The notes: a model not told the origin generated them from the letters alone. Numbered from the whole stretch's first letter, positions 20,013 through 29,977 are shown. The stretch is 63,868 nt of DNA, filler included, from Actinomycetota bacterium (GCA_009886115.1; 4 parts of 4 records of this genome joined end to end with filler, not necessarily neighbours in it), one strand, 5' to 3'. Translations and numbers: made by a program.

Positions 20013-21554
20013 ATGGCTGAACAACCCGCTGGACGCACCGTCGCCGACTTGATGAGCCGGCCGGTCGTCACGGCCAGTGGCGCCGAGACGATCGCCGTCG
20101 TCGGCACCCGGATGACCGATGCCCACGTGGGCTCGGTGGTCGTGATCGAGGGTGACCGGCCTGCCGGGATCCTCACCGAGCGCGATCTGGTTCGGATCGC
20201 CGCCGCCGGAGCCGACCCCACGATCGCCCGGGTCGCCGAGTGGATGACCGTCGATCCCGACACCGTCGCTTCGACGGTGACGGCGCAGCAAGCCTTCGAG
20301 AACCTGTCCTCGCACCACTACCGGCACATCCCGGTGGTCGACGACGGTCACCTCGTGGGAATCGTGTCGATGCGTGACCTCATGAAGGTCTCCCAGATCC
20401 TGCCGGTGGAGAAGATGGCTGTGGAAGTTCCGCCTGGGCTCGAAGGCGTCGTCGTGGCCGACACCACCATCGGCGAGGTGCGCGGCGACGAGGGCTTCTA
20501 CCACTACCGCCAGTACGACGCGGTCGAGCTCAACGAGCAGCGTTCGTTCGAGGACTGTTGGTTCCTGCTCTACGAAGGCGAGCTCCCCGACCGTGCCCAG
20601 CAGGCCGAATGGCTGGCCAAGATCGCTCCGTTGCGGGTGATCCCGTCCGACGTGAAGGAGTTCCTCCCGCACATCGCCAAGGCGACAGGGGCCCATTTCC
20701 GGCCACTCGACGCCATGCGGACGGCCTACGCAGCGATCGTCTCCGGATGGCCGTCCTGGCTCGACACCGACCGCGACGAGCTCATACGGCAAGCGATGGT
20801 CACCTGCGCCGTCCTGCCGAGCATGCTCATGGCGCTCTACCGGTTGAATGAGGGCCAGCAGCCCGTCGATCCCGACCCCGAGCTCAGCTATGCGGCGAAC
20901 TACCTGTACATGCTCACCGGCGAGCGCCCGTCCGACGAGGACGCCTGGGGCCTCGAGCGCTACCTCATCTCGACCATCGACCACGGCTTCAACGCCTCGA
21001 CATTCACGTCCCGGGTCATCACCTCGACCGGTTCCGACCTCGGCGGTGCCGTCCTCGGCGCCATGGGCGCACTGTCGGGTCCGCTCCATGGCGGCGCGCC
21101 GAGCCGGGCGCTCGACATGATCGACGAGGTCGGCACCCGCGAGAACGCCGACACCTGGATCCGCAATTCCATCGAGTCGGGCTCGAAGCTGATGGGCTTC
21201 GGGCACCGAGTTTACAAGACCGACGACCCGAGATCGGTGTTGCTGCGAAAGGTCGCCGCCAAGCTGGGCGGACCCAATTTCGAGCTCGCCGAGTACATCG
21301 AGGGGCGGGCCGTCGCCCTGCTGCACGAGCTCAAGCCCGGCCGAAAGCTCTACACGAATGTCGAGTTCTACGGCGGTCTGGTGATGGAGCGGGTGGGTCT
21401 GCCCCGCACCATGTTCACGCCCACGTTCACCTGCAGCCGCGCGGTGGGCTGGACCACCAACATCATCGAACAGGCGTCCGACAACCGACTCATCCGGCCC
21501 AAGGCCAAGTACATCGGCCCGCCGCCGCCCCAGCCCGTCCCCACGCTCGACTGA
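20013..21554 (+). CDS. CBS-pair domain fused to citrate/2-methylcitrate synthase
   Basis: N-terminal TVADLMSRPVV..GILTERD..RHIPVVD..GIVSMRD; then GLEGV, DHGFNAST, GPLHGGA, GFGHRVYK, NVEFY. Confidence 0.9.
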   Translation: MAEQPAGRTVADLMSRPVVTASGAETIAVVGTRMTDAHVGSVVVIEGDRPAGILTERDLVRIAAAGADPTIARVAEWMTVDPDTVASTVTAQQAFENLSSHHYRHIPVVDDGHLVGIVSMRDLMKVSQILPVEKMAVEVPPGLEGVVVADTTIGEVRGDEGFYHYRQYDAVELNEQRSFEDCWFLLYEGELPDRAQQAEWLAKIAPLRVIPSDVKEFLPHIAKATGAHFRPLDAMRTAYAAIVSGWPSWLDTDRDELIRQAMVTCAVLPSMLMALYRLNEGQQPVDPDPELSYAANYLYMLTGERPSDEDAWGLERYLISTIDHGFNASTFTSRVITSTGSDLGGAVLGAMGALSGPLHGGAPSRALDMIDEVGTRENADTWIRNSIESGSKLMGFGHRVYKTDDPRSVLLRKVAAKLGGPNFELAEYIEGRAVALLHELKPGRKLYTNVEFYGGLVMERVGLPRTMFTPTFTCSRAVGWTTNIIEQASDNRLIRPKAKYIGPPPPQPVPTLD

Positions 21555-21595
21555 CCTGCGACCGACGCATTCCTCGCACCGGGGGACGAACACCG

Positions 21596-22090
21596 ATGAG
21601 CATCGAACCGTTGCCCACGATCGACAGCGCCGCGTTCCGGACCGTCATGGGCCACTTCGCCAGCGGGGTCACCGTGATCACCGCCGTCGACGGCGACGAA
21701 CCCGTTGGCATGGCCGCGAACTCCTTCACGTCGGTGTCGCTCGACCCGCCCCTCGTGCTGTTCTGCGCCGCGTACTCGTCGAGCACCTGGCCCCGCATCC
21801 AGAAGGCCGGGGCGTTCTGCGTGAACATCCTGGCCGACGACCAGGAGCACGTCTGTCGGCTCATGGCCCAAAAGGGCATCGACCGCTTCGCCCAGATCGG
21901 CTGGCACGCCGGGCCGACAGGGTCTCCCGTGCTCGACGGCGCGCTTGCGCACATCGACTGCACCACCGTCGCCGAGCACGATGCCGGCGACCACGTGATC
22001 GTGGTCGGACGGGTCCTCGAGCTCGCCGTGCACCACGAGGGCGGCCCGTTGTGCTTCTATCGGGGTGGGTACGGCTCGTTCGCCAGCTAG
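21596..22090 (+). CDS. Flavin reductase family protein
   Basis: FRTVMGHFASGVTVIT, SFTSVSLDPPLV, AGDH. Confidence 0.93.
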   Translation: MSIEPLPTIDSAAFRTVMGHFASGVTVITAVDGDEPVGMAANSFTSVSLDPPLVLFCAAYSSSTWPRIQKAGAFCVNILADDQEHVCRLMAQKGIDRFAQIGWHAGPTGSPVLDGALAHIDCTTVAEHDAGDHVIVVGRVLELAVHHEGGPLCFYRGGYGSFAS

Positions 22091-22094
22091 CACG

Positions 22095-22132
22095 GAGCAA
22101 CGAGTACCGAGCAACGAGTACCGAGCAACGAG
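22095..22132. repeat. 14-bp tandem repeat GAGCAACGAGTACC about x3
   Basis: Directly visible just after the stop codon. Confidence 0.75.
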
Positions 22133-22192
22133 CCCCGAGCGGTCGACGGCGACCCCGGTCCCGAGTCCCGTCCCCGAGCCCCGTCGAGGTAA

Positions 22193-22666
22193 GTGTCAAC
22201 CGTGGCCCCGCTCACCCTGGCCTGTCGGCTCGTGCTCGCCGGGGTATTCGCGTACTCGGGGAGCGCCAAGCTCGTCGCCCGCGCGGCCTTCCGGCAATCG
22301 CTGGTCGCCTTCCGTCTGCCACGATGGCTCACGACGGTCGTGCCCGTCGTCGAGCTGGCGATCGCCGTCGTGTTGATCGTGGGCCTCCGCCGAGCCTGGC
22401 CCGCCGCAACCGCTGCGGTGCTCGTGGTGGTGTTCACCCTGGCGATCGTCCGGAGCCTGCTCGCCGGGGTCCGGGCGCCGTGTCTGTGCTTCGGCGCGCG
22501 TCCGAGTGACGAGGTCTCGGCCTGGACGATCGTCCGCAACGGCTGGCTGCTCGCCCTGGCGATCGTTGGCACCGGTTCGGCGAGCTCGGCGGGCGGGGTG
22601 GTCACGGCTCTGGCGACCTTGGGAACAGCGACGATCACCGTGGCCGTCATCGGGAAGCTCCCGTGA
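22193..22666 (+). CDS. MauE/DoxX family membrane protein
   Basis: RLVLAGVFAYSGSAKL, PVVEL, PCLCFG, IVRN. Confidence 0.8.
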   Translation: MSTVAPLTLACRLVLAGVFAYSGSAKLVARAAFRQSLVAFRLPRWLTTVVPVVELAIAVVLIVGLRRAWPAATAAVLVVVFTLAIVRSLLAGVRAPCLCFGARPSDEVSAWTIVRNGWLLALAIVGTGSASSAGGVVTALATLGTATITVAVIGKLP

Positions 22667-22686
22667 GTGACGTAGGCTGATCGGCC

Positions 22687-23238
22687 ATGGCCAAGGTGAT
22701 CGAGTCGACGCAGATCGTCGGCGTGCACATCGTCGAGCCCGACGTGTATGGCGACGACCGCGGCCGATTCGTCGAGACGTACCGGCGCGAATGGATTCCC
22801 GAAGCACACGAGATGATCCAGTCGAATCGGGCCGATCGCCGGGCCGGAGCGCTCGTGGGACTGCACTACCACCTGCACCAGGCCGACTATTGGTACGTGC
22901 CGTTCGGACGGGCCCTGGTCGCCCTGCACGATCTCCGTCTGGGCTCACCGACCGACGGCCGCTCCCAGACCTTGGAGATCGGCGAGCACGACCACCGAGG
23001 TGTGTACATCCCGCGGGGCGTCGCCCACGGCTTCTACGCCGTCACCGACCTCACCATCACCTACCTGGTCGACGGCTACTACGACCCGCTCGATGAGCTC
23101 GGTGTGGCGTGGGACGATCCCGAGCTGGCGATCACCTGGCCCAGCGAGTCGCCCGTCTGTTCCCCGCGTGACCAGTCGAATCCCAAGCGTTCGGAGATCA
23201 TCGACTTCCAGCGTCCCCGGTACTCCCGAGGGCGCTGA
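22687..23238 (+). CDS. rmlC: dTDP-4-dehydrorhamnose 3,5-epimerase family protein
   Basis: GDDRGRFVE, GLHYH, DLRLGSPT, YIPRGVAHGF, WDDPELAITWP. Confidence 0.88.
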   Translation: MAKVIESTQIVGVHIVEPDVYGDDRGRFVETYRREWIPEAHEMIQSNRADRRAGALVGLHYHLHQADYWYVPFGRALVALHDLRLGSPTDGRSQTLEIGEHDHRGVYIPRGVAHGFYAVTDLTITYLVDGYYDPLDELGVAWDDPELAITWPSESPVCSPRDQSNPKRSEIIDFQRPRYSRGR

Positions 23239-23260
23239 GCCCGAGCGCTCGGCGCCTGGG

Positions 23261-23692
23261 TCAGCGGTTGCGGTCTCGGAGCCGCTCGTAGACCTCGCAG
23301 CCCAGGCACACGCTGGTGATCGCCATCGTGGCGGCCACCACTGCGACGAGGAGCCCGAACACCCAGGCCAGGCTGTTGACGCCGGCAACGACGAACACGG
23401 TGGCGGCGCCCAGCGTGATCGCTTCGGCCACGGTCGAGGTCCGCAGCGCCTGCGGGTCTTCGAGCCGGGCGGGCCGGCGCGGTGTACCAGGGCGGTGACC
23501 GAAACCGCGTGCGACCAGCGACGTCGACAGCCGCGACAACGGGTCGTTGGCGGGGCCGGCGATGGCGCCGATGCCGACCACGACCATGGCGATCGGGATG
23601 ATCACCGGTGCCGAGAACACGAACCCCACGACCAATGCCACGGCGATGATCGTCTGGCCGACGCGTGGGCCCCGGCTGTCGATCATCGTCAC
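23261..23692 (-). CDS. DUF4395-like membrane protein
   Basis: IDSRGPR start, hydrophobic helices, C-terminal CLGCEVY. Confidence 0.75.
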   Translation of the reverse strand: MTMIDSRGPRVGQTIIAVALVVGFVFSAPVIIPIAMVVVGIGAIAGPANDPLSRLSTSLVARGFGHRPGTPRRPARLEDPQALRTSTVAEAITLGAATVFVVAGVNSLAWVFGLLVAVVAATMAITSVCLGCEVYERLRDRNR

Positions 23693-23710
23693 GACGCAGG
23701 ATGCTACCGA

Positions 23711-26251
23711 TCAAGCCGAGGTGATCAGGTCACCGGCCGGAGTGGGGGGCGTGGCCGGGTCGACCGGGTCGGTGCCCGTTGCCGACGGCGCCGCGGGGAC
23801 CGAGCCAGCCTGTTCGATGGGCCTCTGCCCCGGCGCCGACGAGGAGACAGAGCCCGAGGGACCGAGGTCGAGGAGGCCGGTCGAGCCGTGGGTCAGACGG
23901 TCCCTGGCCCAGGCGAGCGTCTCCTCGTCCGCAGTGAGGTAGATCACCTGGGCGGCGTCGCCGAGGCGGGCGAGCAGGTCGAGCATGCGGTACTTCTGGT
24001 GCTGGGGCATCGAGCGCAGGATGTCGTCGACGAGCACGGGCACCGGCTCGCCGATCGGGCCGACACGGCGCGCCGAGGCGATCCGGCCCAGGAGGTACAT
24101 CTCGAGCTCCTTGGGCTCGGGGATCGGGTAGGCCTCGCCGGTACCGACCTCCATCATGTGGACGCGCCGCCTGAGGCTCTCGAGTCGATCGGATGAGCTC
24201 GTGAGATCGGGTGCTTCGCGCTCGACGAGGACGAGCTCGGCCGACAGCTGCTCGAACTCCGCCTTGATGTCTCGGGGATCGCGGGAGTCGCTGGGCGCCT
24301 CGACGAAGGCCTGGTCGATGCCGGCGAGCTCGAAGCGTTCGAGGATCTGATCGATGCGGCCCAGATCGACCTCGACCTCCGAGATCGCCCGACCGCTCCC
24401 GATGGTGTTCTCCCGTGCGTCGACGGCGGCCATGATCTGCTTGTAGCGGAGCTCGACGGTCGCCAGCTTGGCGTCCACGTTGTTGAGGTCCTCAGAGGGA
24501 GCTTCGCCCGCCTCGGCGAGGAGCCGGACCACGTCGGCGACCGCGTACTCCTCTTCGCGCTCGGCCACCTCGAGCTCGAGCTGGAGCCGAGCGCTGCGGG
24601 CCTCGAACACCAACGCCGCCACCTCCGACAGCGCGTGCTCGGGATCGACACCGAAGGGAGCGCAGATCTCGAGCAGTGCCCGTTCGGCGCGTTCGAACGC
24701 GGGCTCGACCTCTTCGAGGAGCTCTCGGCGTAGGGCATCGGAAGCGTCGGTCGAGTTGCGGAGCATGTTCAGGTGCTCTGCGTAGCGGCCGATCTCCTCG
24801 TGCTTGTCGAGCGCCTGCTCGGGCGTGATGTTGCCCGCGAGCTCGTACCAGGCCGTCGAGGCCAGCTGGTCCTCGAGCTCGGCCACCTGCAGCGTCTCTC
24901 GGGCGTTGACGTCGATGAGGGTCTCGACCCATCGCAGCTTGAATCCGAGCCAGCTCGTGAACCCGGCGTGTTCGAGGGCGACCGTCTCGGCCCGCTCGGC
25001 CATCGCCAGGCGGCGTCGCGCCCGGAGTACCCGGAGCTCTGCCCACAGCGCAGCGCCGACGAGCGGCACGGCGGCGATCGGCTCGACGAGGGCGATCGCC
25101 GCCGATGCGACACCACCGCCGAGTGCCAACAGCACCGGCCGTCGTCCGATGCCTTGGAGCGAGCGCTCGGCCCGGTCGACCGAATCGTGGGTCGACTCGA
25201 TCTCGGCGACGAGATCGGCGTGGCGGCCGGCTCCGCCCAGGGCCACCGACATCTGATTGACCCGGCGGCGGGTCTCGATGGCCCGATCAGCCCGTTCCCA
25301 GAGATCGAGCTGATTCACCCGGTCCAGCGTGAGAACCCATGGCTCGGAGGGGGAGGGCATGTCGTTGGCGGCGCTGTCGTCGAGGCGTTCGAGGAGTTCG
25401 ACCCGTCTGATCCGGGCCTCCAGGTATTGCTCGTGCAGCCCGGGAAGCTCGGGCGGGACGTCGGTCGAGAGGGTGAGCGCGTGCTCGAGCGCGTCCCGAC
25501 TCAGTCGACGGCGGTTCCCGAAGCCGGTGCGGCGTTCGGCCACCCGCTGGGCCTCGGCGTCGACCAGATCGAGCTGGTCGAGCACAGCTTCGTAGCGGGC
25601 CAGCGCTTCCTCGTCGACGGGATCCTCGCCGCGCAGGACGGCCAGCTCGGCGACGAGTCGTGCCTTCTCGACCTGCGCTGCGATGTACTTCTTGTGCGCC
25701 CGGTACTCGTCGGCTCGTCCCAGCTCGCGTTCAAGGACCCGCAGACGGCTCCGGATCTCGTCGACCTGCACGTTGGCCTCGAGGGCCAACTGGTGATCGG
25801 CCTCGACCTGGGCCAGGAGGTGGCGGGCCTCGAGCAGCTCGTCGGGCAGCACCTCGGTCTCGCACGCGGGAACGGCCGCGGCGACCTCGGCGGGACGGAT
25901 GACCGACAATCGGGCGATCTCGTCCCGATCGAGCTCGAGCATCTGGAGCAGGTCGACCCGGTCGCCAGCTCGCGCCAGCTCCGTGACGTCTTCGCCGGTG
26001 TCGACGTCGCTCAGACGCGGCGCGCCGGGGCGGTGCTCGAGCCGCAGTGCTCGACCGGTCCCGTCGACGAAGGTGATGGTCATGTCCTCGACGAGCGTGC
26101 CGTCGAGGCTGGCCAGCAGTCGATCTATCCAGGCGTCGCGCGCCGGCAGATCCAACGGACCGATCACGGTCATCGTCCGGTGGAACTGAGCGGGTACGGC
26201 GCCGATCTCGTCGTGGACCGCGCTGAGAGAGGCGAGTTCCAAGAAGCGCAT
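23711..26251 (-). CDS. SMC/YhaN-like long coiled-coil protein with degenerate ATPase head and central hydrophobic hairpin
   Basis: N-terminal FHRTMTVIG without GKS/T; Glu/Ala/Leu-rich heptads; C-terminal PVLVDD and QVIYLT. Confidence 0.65.
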   Translation of the reverse strand: MRFLELASLSAVHDEIGAVPAQFHRTMTVIGPLDLPARDAWIDRLLASLDGTLVEDMTITFVDGTGRALRLEHRPGAPRLSDVDTGEDVTELARAGDRVDLLQMLELDRDEIARLSVIRPAEVAAAVPACETEVLPDELLEARHLLAQVEADHQLALEANVQVDEIRSRLRVLERELGRADEYRAHKKYIAAQVEKARLVAELAVLRGEDPVDEEALARYEAVLDQLDLVDAEAQRVAERRTGFGNRRRLSRDALEHALTLSTDVPPELPGLHEQYLEARIRRVELLERLDDSAANDMPSPSEPWVLTLDRVNQLDLWERADRAIETRRRVNQMSVALGGAGRHADLVAEIESTHDSVDRAERSLQGIGRRPVLLALGGGVASAAIALVEPIAAVPLVGAALWAELRVLRARRRLAMAERAETVALEHAGFTSWLGFKLRWVETLIDVNARETLQVAELEDQLASTAWYELAGNITPEQALDKHEEIGRYAEHLNMLRNSTDASDALRRELLEEVEPAFERAERALLEICAPFGVDPEHALSEVAALVFEARSARLQLELEVAEREEEYAVADVVRLLAEAGEAPSEDLNNVDAKLATVELRYKQIMAAVDARENTIGSGRAISEVEVDLGRIDQILERFELAGIDQAFVEAPSDSRDPRDIKAEFEQLSAELVLVEREAPDLTSSSDRLESLRRRVHMMEVGTGEAYPIPEPKELEMYLLGRIASARRVGPIGEPVPVLVDDILRSMPQHQKYRMLDLLARLGDAAQVIYLTADEETLAWARDRLTHGSTGLLDLGPSGSVSSSAPGQRPIEQAGSVPAAPSATGTDPVDPATPPTPAGDLITSA

Positions 26252-26289
26252 GGGTTCCGTCTCGAATGTCGGATGAAGGCAACTCGCGT

Positions 26290-26315
26290 ATCGGCATGAG
26301 GTGTCGGCTCCTGAA
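26290..26315 (-). promoter_or_regulatory. Putative sigma-28-type promoter
   Basis: Minus strand TTCA-N16-GCCGATAC, 38 nt before ATG 26251. Confidence 0.5.
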
Positions 26316-26372
26316 CCGGTGATGGTGCTCGACGCCGGGTTCGTCGGATAGGGCCCGTACGATCGGGGGGTC

Positions 26373-27122
26373 ATGAGCGACGTGTCGATCCCCGCAGCCT
26401 TCGGCGGCGGCCTGATCTCCTTCTTGAGCCCGTGCGTCCTCCCGATCGTGCCGGGCTATCTGTCGATCGTTTCCGGGCTCACCGTCGCCGAGCTCGCCGA
26501 GGGCTCTCGGCGCCACATCGTGCGGATCACGGCCACGACGGGCCTGTTCATCACCGGCTTCACCCTGATCTTCACGTTCCTCGGGGTCGGGATCGGTGCC
26601 GTCGGCGACGCGTTCTACGACCATCAGAGCACCTTCACCAGGATCTCGGGGCTCGTCGTCGTGGCCATGGCCCTGTATCTGGCCGGGTCGCAGCTGCTCA
26701 TGAAGCCCGCGCTGTACCAGGAGTTCCGGATCCATCCTCGGCTCGAACGCTTCGGCCCGTTCGCCGCGTTCGCCGCCGGCGCCGCCTTCGCGTTCGGGTG
26801 GACGCCCTGTCTCGGACCGGTTCTGGGCGGCATCCTCACGTTGGCGGCCCAGGAGAGCTCGACCTCGCGGGCCGCCTTCCTCATGGTGGTCTACTCCCTG
26901 GGGCTCGGCGTCCCTTTCCTGATCGCCGGCCTGGCCTTCGGTCGCCTCACGGGGGTCTTCGCCTGGATGCGTCGCCGAGGCCGCGCCATCACGTTCGTCT
27001 CGGCGGCCGTCCTCGCGGCGTTCGGAGTGTTGCTCGCGCTCGACGAGTTCACCTGGTTCACCCGCGAGTTCACCCAGGCCATGGATGCCGTCGGCCTCGG
27101 CTTCCTCCAAGAGCTGGGCTGA
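26373..27122 (+). CDS. ccdA: Cytochrome c biogenesis protein CcdA
   Basis: SFLSPCVLPIVPGY and GWTPCLGPVL redox Cys motifs. Confidence 0.92.
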   Translation: MSDVSIPAAFGGGLISFLSPCVLPIVPGYLSIVSGLTVAELAEGSRRHIVRITATTGLFITGFTLIFTFLGVGIGAVGDAFYDHQSTFTRISGLVVVAMALYLAGSQLLMKPALYQEFRIHPRLERFGPFAAFAAGAAFAFGWTPCLGPVLGGILTLAAQESSTSRAAFLMVVYSLGLGVPFLIAGLAFGRLTGVFAWMRRRGRAITFVSAAVLAAFGVLLALDEFTWFTREFTQAMDAVGLGFLQELG

Positions 27123-27219
27123 GCTGAACTGAGCCAGCTGAGCCGGACTGAGCTGAGGTGCTGTCCATATTGTCCGTATGTGGTCATGGGTGGGTCACGC
27201 GCTGGGCTACCTTCCCGAG

Positions 27220-29433
27220 ATGTCGCTCGTGCGTTTGGCTCAATGGTCGTTCCGTCGACGCCGCTTGGTGCTGGGGGCGTGGATCGTCGCCATGGTCGGC
27301 GTGGTCGGGCTCTCCGGGGCCGGCGGGACAGAGGCCGTCGACAACTTCGAGCTCCCCGGCTCCGACAGTCAGGACGCCTACGACCTTCTCGGGGAACGGT
27401 TTTCCGTCAATGCCGGCGACTCGGCCCGCATCGTCTTGCGGGCCGAGCGCGAGGTCGGAGGGATCGACGGCACCGCCGCTCGATCTGCCTTCGCTGCCGT
27501 GCTGGCCGAGGTCGCGGCATTCGAGCACGTCCTCAGTGTTGACTCGCCGTACGAGTCGGGATTCGAACTCCAACGCTCCGATGACGGGCTGACGGCCTAC
27601 GCGACGGTGCAGTTCGACGCCCGTTCGGCCCAGGTACCCGTGGATGTGGCTGTCGACCTGATCGATCTCGTGGAGCGTGCCGACGAGCCAGGGCTTCGAT
27701 TCGAGGCGGGCGGCTCGCCCTTGAACGAGGCAGAAAAGGAACCGCCGGGGACGGCCGAGATCATCGGTTTGCTCGCGGCTGTGGTCATCCTGATCGTGGC
27801 GTTCGGCTCGTTGCTCGCCATGGTGCTGCCGATCGTCACTGCCCTCTTCGGGATCGCGATCGGCATCGCCCTTATCGGGCTGCTCGGTCATCTCCTCGAC
27901 ATGCCATCGTTCGCGCCCCAGGTCGCGGCGATGATCGGCATCGGTGTGGGCATCGACTACGCGCTGCTCGTGGTCACGCGCTTTCGTGATGCCCTCCAGC
28001 GCGGGCATACGCCCGAGGACGCCACCGCCGTGGCCATGGGTACGGCGGGTCGGTCGGTGGTGTTCGCCGGTTCCGTGGTCGTCGTGTCGCTGTTGGGCAT
28101 GCTGCTGATGGACTTCGCTGTGGTGCGCGGCATCGCCATCTCGGCCGCCGCTGCGGTGCTGGTGACCATGCTGGCGTCGATCACCCTCCTCCCGGCGCTG
28201 CTCGGCATGGCCGGCAGCCGCATCGACCGGTTCCAGGTGCCGCTCCTGCACCGCCGGAGCCGCGCCGCCGACGGACGGGCATCGCTCTCGTACCGCTGGA
28301 GTCGCGTGGTGCAGCAGCGACCGTGGCCTGCGGCCGTCCTGGGCGCGGGGGTGCTCGTCCTTCTGGCGATCCCCCTGTTCGACATGCGGCTCGGGACGGC
28401 CGACGAGGGCAACGGCCCGACTTCGCGCACCTCGAGACGGGCCTACGACCTCCTGGCCGAGGGGTTCGGTCCGGGCTTCAACGGTCCACTTCTCCTCGTC
28501 GCCGATCTCCCGAAGGTCGGCTTTGAAGGCGCAGCGGTGATCGACGAACTCCGTGCGACGCTGTTCGACACTCCCGGTGTGGCAGAGGTGTTGAACACCG
28601 TCGTCATCGGCGGCGGCGACACGGCGATCGTCACGGTGATCCCCACGACCGCGCCCCAGGATGCGGCGACGGACGCGCTCGTTGACGATCTCCGACATCG
28701 CGTCGTCCCATCGGTGTTGGCGGGTCACAGCCCCGGCATCGACGTGTCGGTCGGCGGCGTCAACGCCAGCTTCAAGGACTTCTCCGACAAGATCAGCGAT
28801 CGATTGCCCCTCTTCGTCGGCGCCGTGATCGTGCTGTCGTTCCTCGTGCTGATGGCCGTCTTCCGTTCGCTGCTCGTGCCACTCAAGGCGGCGATCATGA
28901 ACCTGCTCTCGATCGGGTCGGCGTACGGCGTGATCGTTGCCGTCTTCCAATGGGGCTGGCTGAGCGAGGTGTTCGGCGTTGCCAAGGAGGGGCCCATCGA
29001 GTCGTGGGTTCCGATGATGATGTTCGCGCTGTTGTTCGGCTTGTCGATGGACTACGAGGTTTTCCTGCTTTCGCGCATCCGTGAGGAGTACGTCAGCACG
29101 GGCGACAACACCGGCGCTGTCGCCGACGGCCTCGCCGCCACGGCCCGGGTGATCACCACAGCCGCCGCGATCATGATCGCCGTGTTCGCCTCATTCGCCC
29201 TGAACGAGATACGGGTGTTGAGCCTGCTCGGTGTGGGCATGGCGACGGCCGTCTTCGTCGACGCCACCATCGTGCGGATGGTGCTGGTGCCGGCCACGAT
29301 GGAGCTCCTCGGTGATGCCAACTGGTGGTTGCCCCGTTGGCTCGCTCGCCTGTTGCCCGAGGTGCGCGTCGAAGCCCGGGTCGATGCCACGACGACATCT
29401 CCCGAGGAATCCCGCGCCGCAGCCGCAATGTGA
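27220..29433 (+). CDS. MMPL (RND) family transporter
   Basis: GIGVGIDYALL, AGRSVVFAG, GFGPGFNGP, FGLSMDYEVFL, DATIVRMVLVPA. Confidence 0.94.
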   Translation: MSLVRLAQWSFRRRRLVLGAWIVAMVGVVGLSGAGGTEAVDNFELPGSDSQDAYDLLGERFSVNAGDSARIVLRAEREVGGIDGTAARSAFAAVLAEVAAFEHVLSVDSPYESGFELQRSDDGLTAYATVQFDARSAQVPVDVAVDLIDLVERADEPGLRFEAGGSPLNEAEKEPPGTAEIIGLLAAVVILIVAFGSLLAMVLPIVTALFGIAIGIALIGLLGHLLDMPSFAPQVAAMIGIGVGIDYALLVVTRFRDALQRGHTPEDATAVAMGTAGRSVVFAGSVVVVSLLGMLLMDFAVVRGIAISAAAAVLVTMLASITLLPALLGMAGSRIDRFQVPLLHRRSRAADGRASLSYRWSRVVQQRPWPAAVLGAGVLVLLAIPLFDMRLGTADEGNGPTSRTSRRAYDLLAEGFGPGFNGPLLLVADLPKVGFEGAAVIDELRATLFDTPGVAEVLNTVVIGGGDTAIVTVIPTTAPQDAATDALVDDLRHRVVPSVLAGHSPGIDVSVGGVNASFKDFSDKISDRLPLFVGAVIVLSFLVLMAVFRSLLVPLKAAIMNLLSIGSAYGVIVAVFQWGWLSEVFGVAKEGPIESWVPMMMFALLFGLSMDYEVFLLSRIREEYVSTGDNTGAVADGLAATARVITTAAAIMIAVFASFALNEIRVLSLLGVGMATAVFVDATIVRMVLVPATMELLGDANWWLPRWLARLLPEVRVEARVDATTTSPEESRAAAAM

Positions 29434-29533
29434 CGCCGCCGTCCAGCCGTGCGTCTCCGGCGGGCGTCCATCGCTGTACCCCGTCCTCGGCTCGTTGCCG
29501 GGATGTCCGGGGTGGCACAGAGCCTGGGGCGGC

Positions 29534-29977
29534 TCAGAAACCGAGGCGTTCGAAGGCGTAGGCCGAGTCGGCGTGCTCCCAGACCTCGGCGATGAGCCCG
29601 TCCTCGACGCGGTAGAGGAAGTGGTAATGGTTCAGGTAGTCGTTGCCCGAGGCCGTGGTGCCGGCCATGTGCATGTGGGCGGCGACGTGGTCGCCCTCGG
29701 CGATGAGGAGGTCGATCGTCCAGCTCATGTCCGAGAAGAAGACCTGCGATCCACCCACCAGCGCAACCACGGCATCCCGACCGACGAGCGGCCGCTCGAT
29801 CCCGGCTCGCAAGCACGCGGACTGCGGCACCCACCACCTGGCGTCGGCGCCGAACACCGCGGCCAGCGCGTCGGCGTCGCGAGCCTCCATCGCCGCCACC
29901 TGGCGACGGACGAGTGCCTTGTTGGGCTCGACGTCGAGAGTAACGGCGTCGGTTCCACCGTCGATCCGCCCGCTCAT
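29534..29977 (-). CDS. SnoaL/NTF2-like protein
   Basis: NKALVRR, IAEGDHVA, GNDYLNHY, DGLIAEVWEHADS. Confidence 0.85.
   Translation of the reverse strand: MSGRIDGGTDAVTLDVEPNKALVRRQVAAMEARDADALAAVFGADARWWVPQSACLRAGIERPLVGRDAVVALVGGSQVFFSDMSWTIDLLIAEGDHVAAHMHMAGTTASGNDYLNHYHFLYRVEDGLIAEVWEHADSAYAFERLGF

Noticed and set aside
18549..21593. Very long antisense or alternate-frame ORFs (1014 aa here, many others)
   Set aside because: Shadow ORFs of real genes in high-GC DNA, with no recognisable motifs.
22095..22185. Possible CRISPR array (also 37615-37672 and 29975-30025)
   Set aside because: Units are 14-19 bp, directly adjacent with no spacers, and no cas genes are present.
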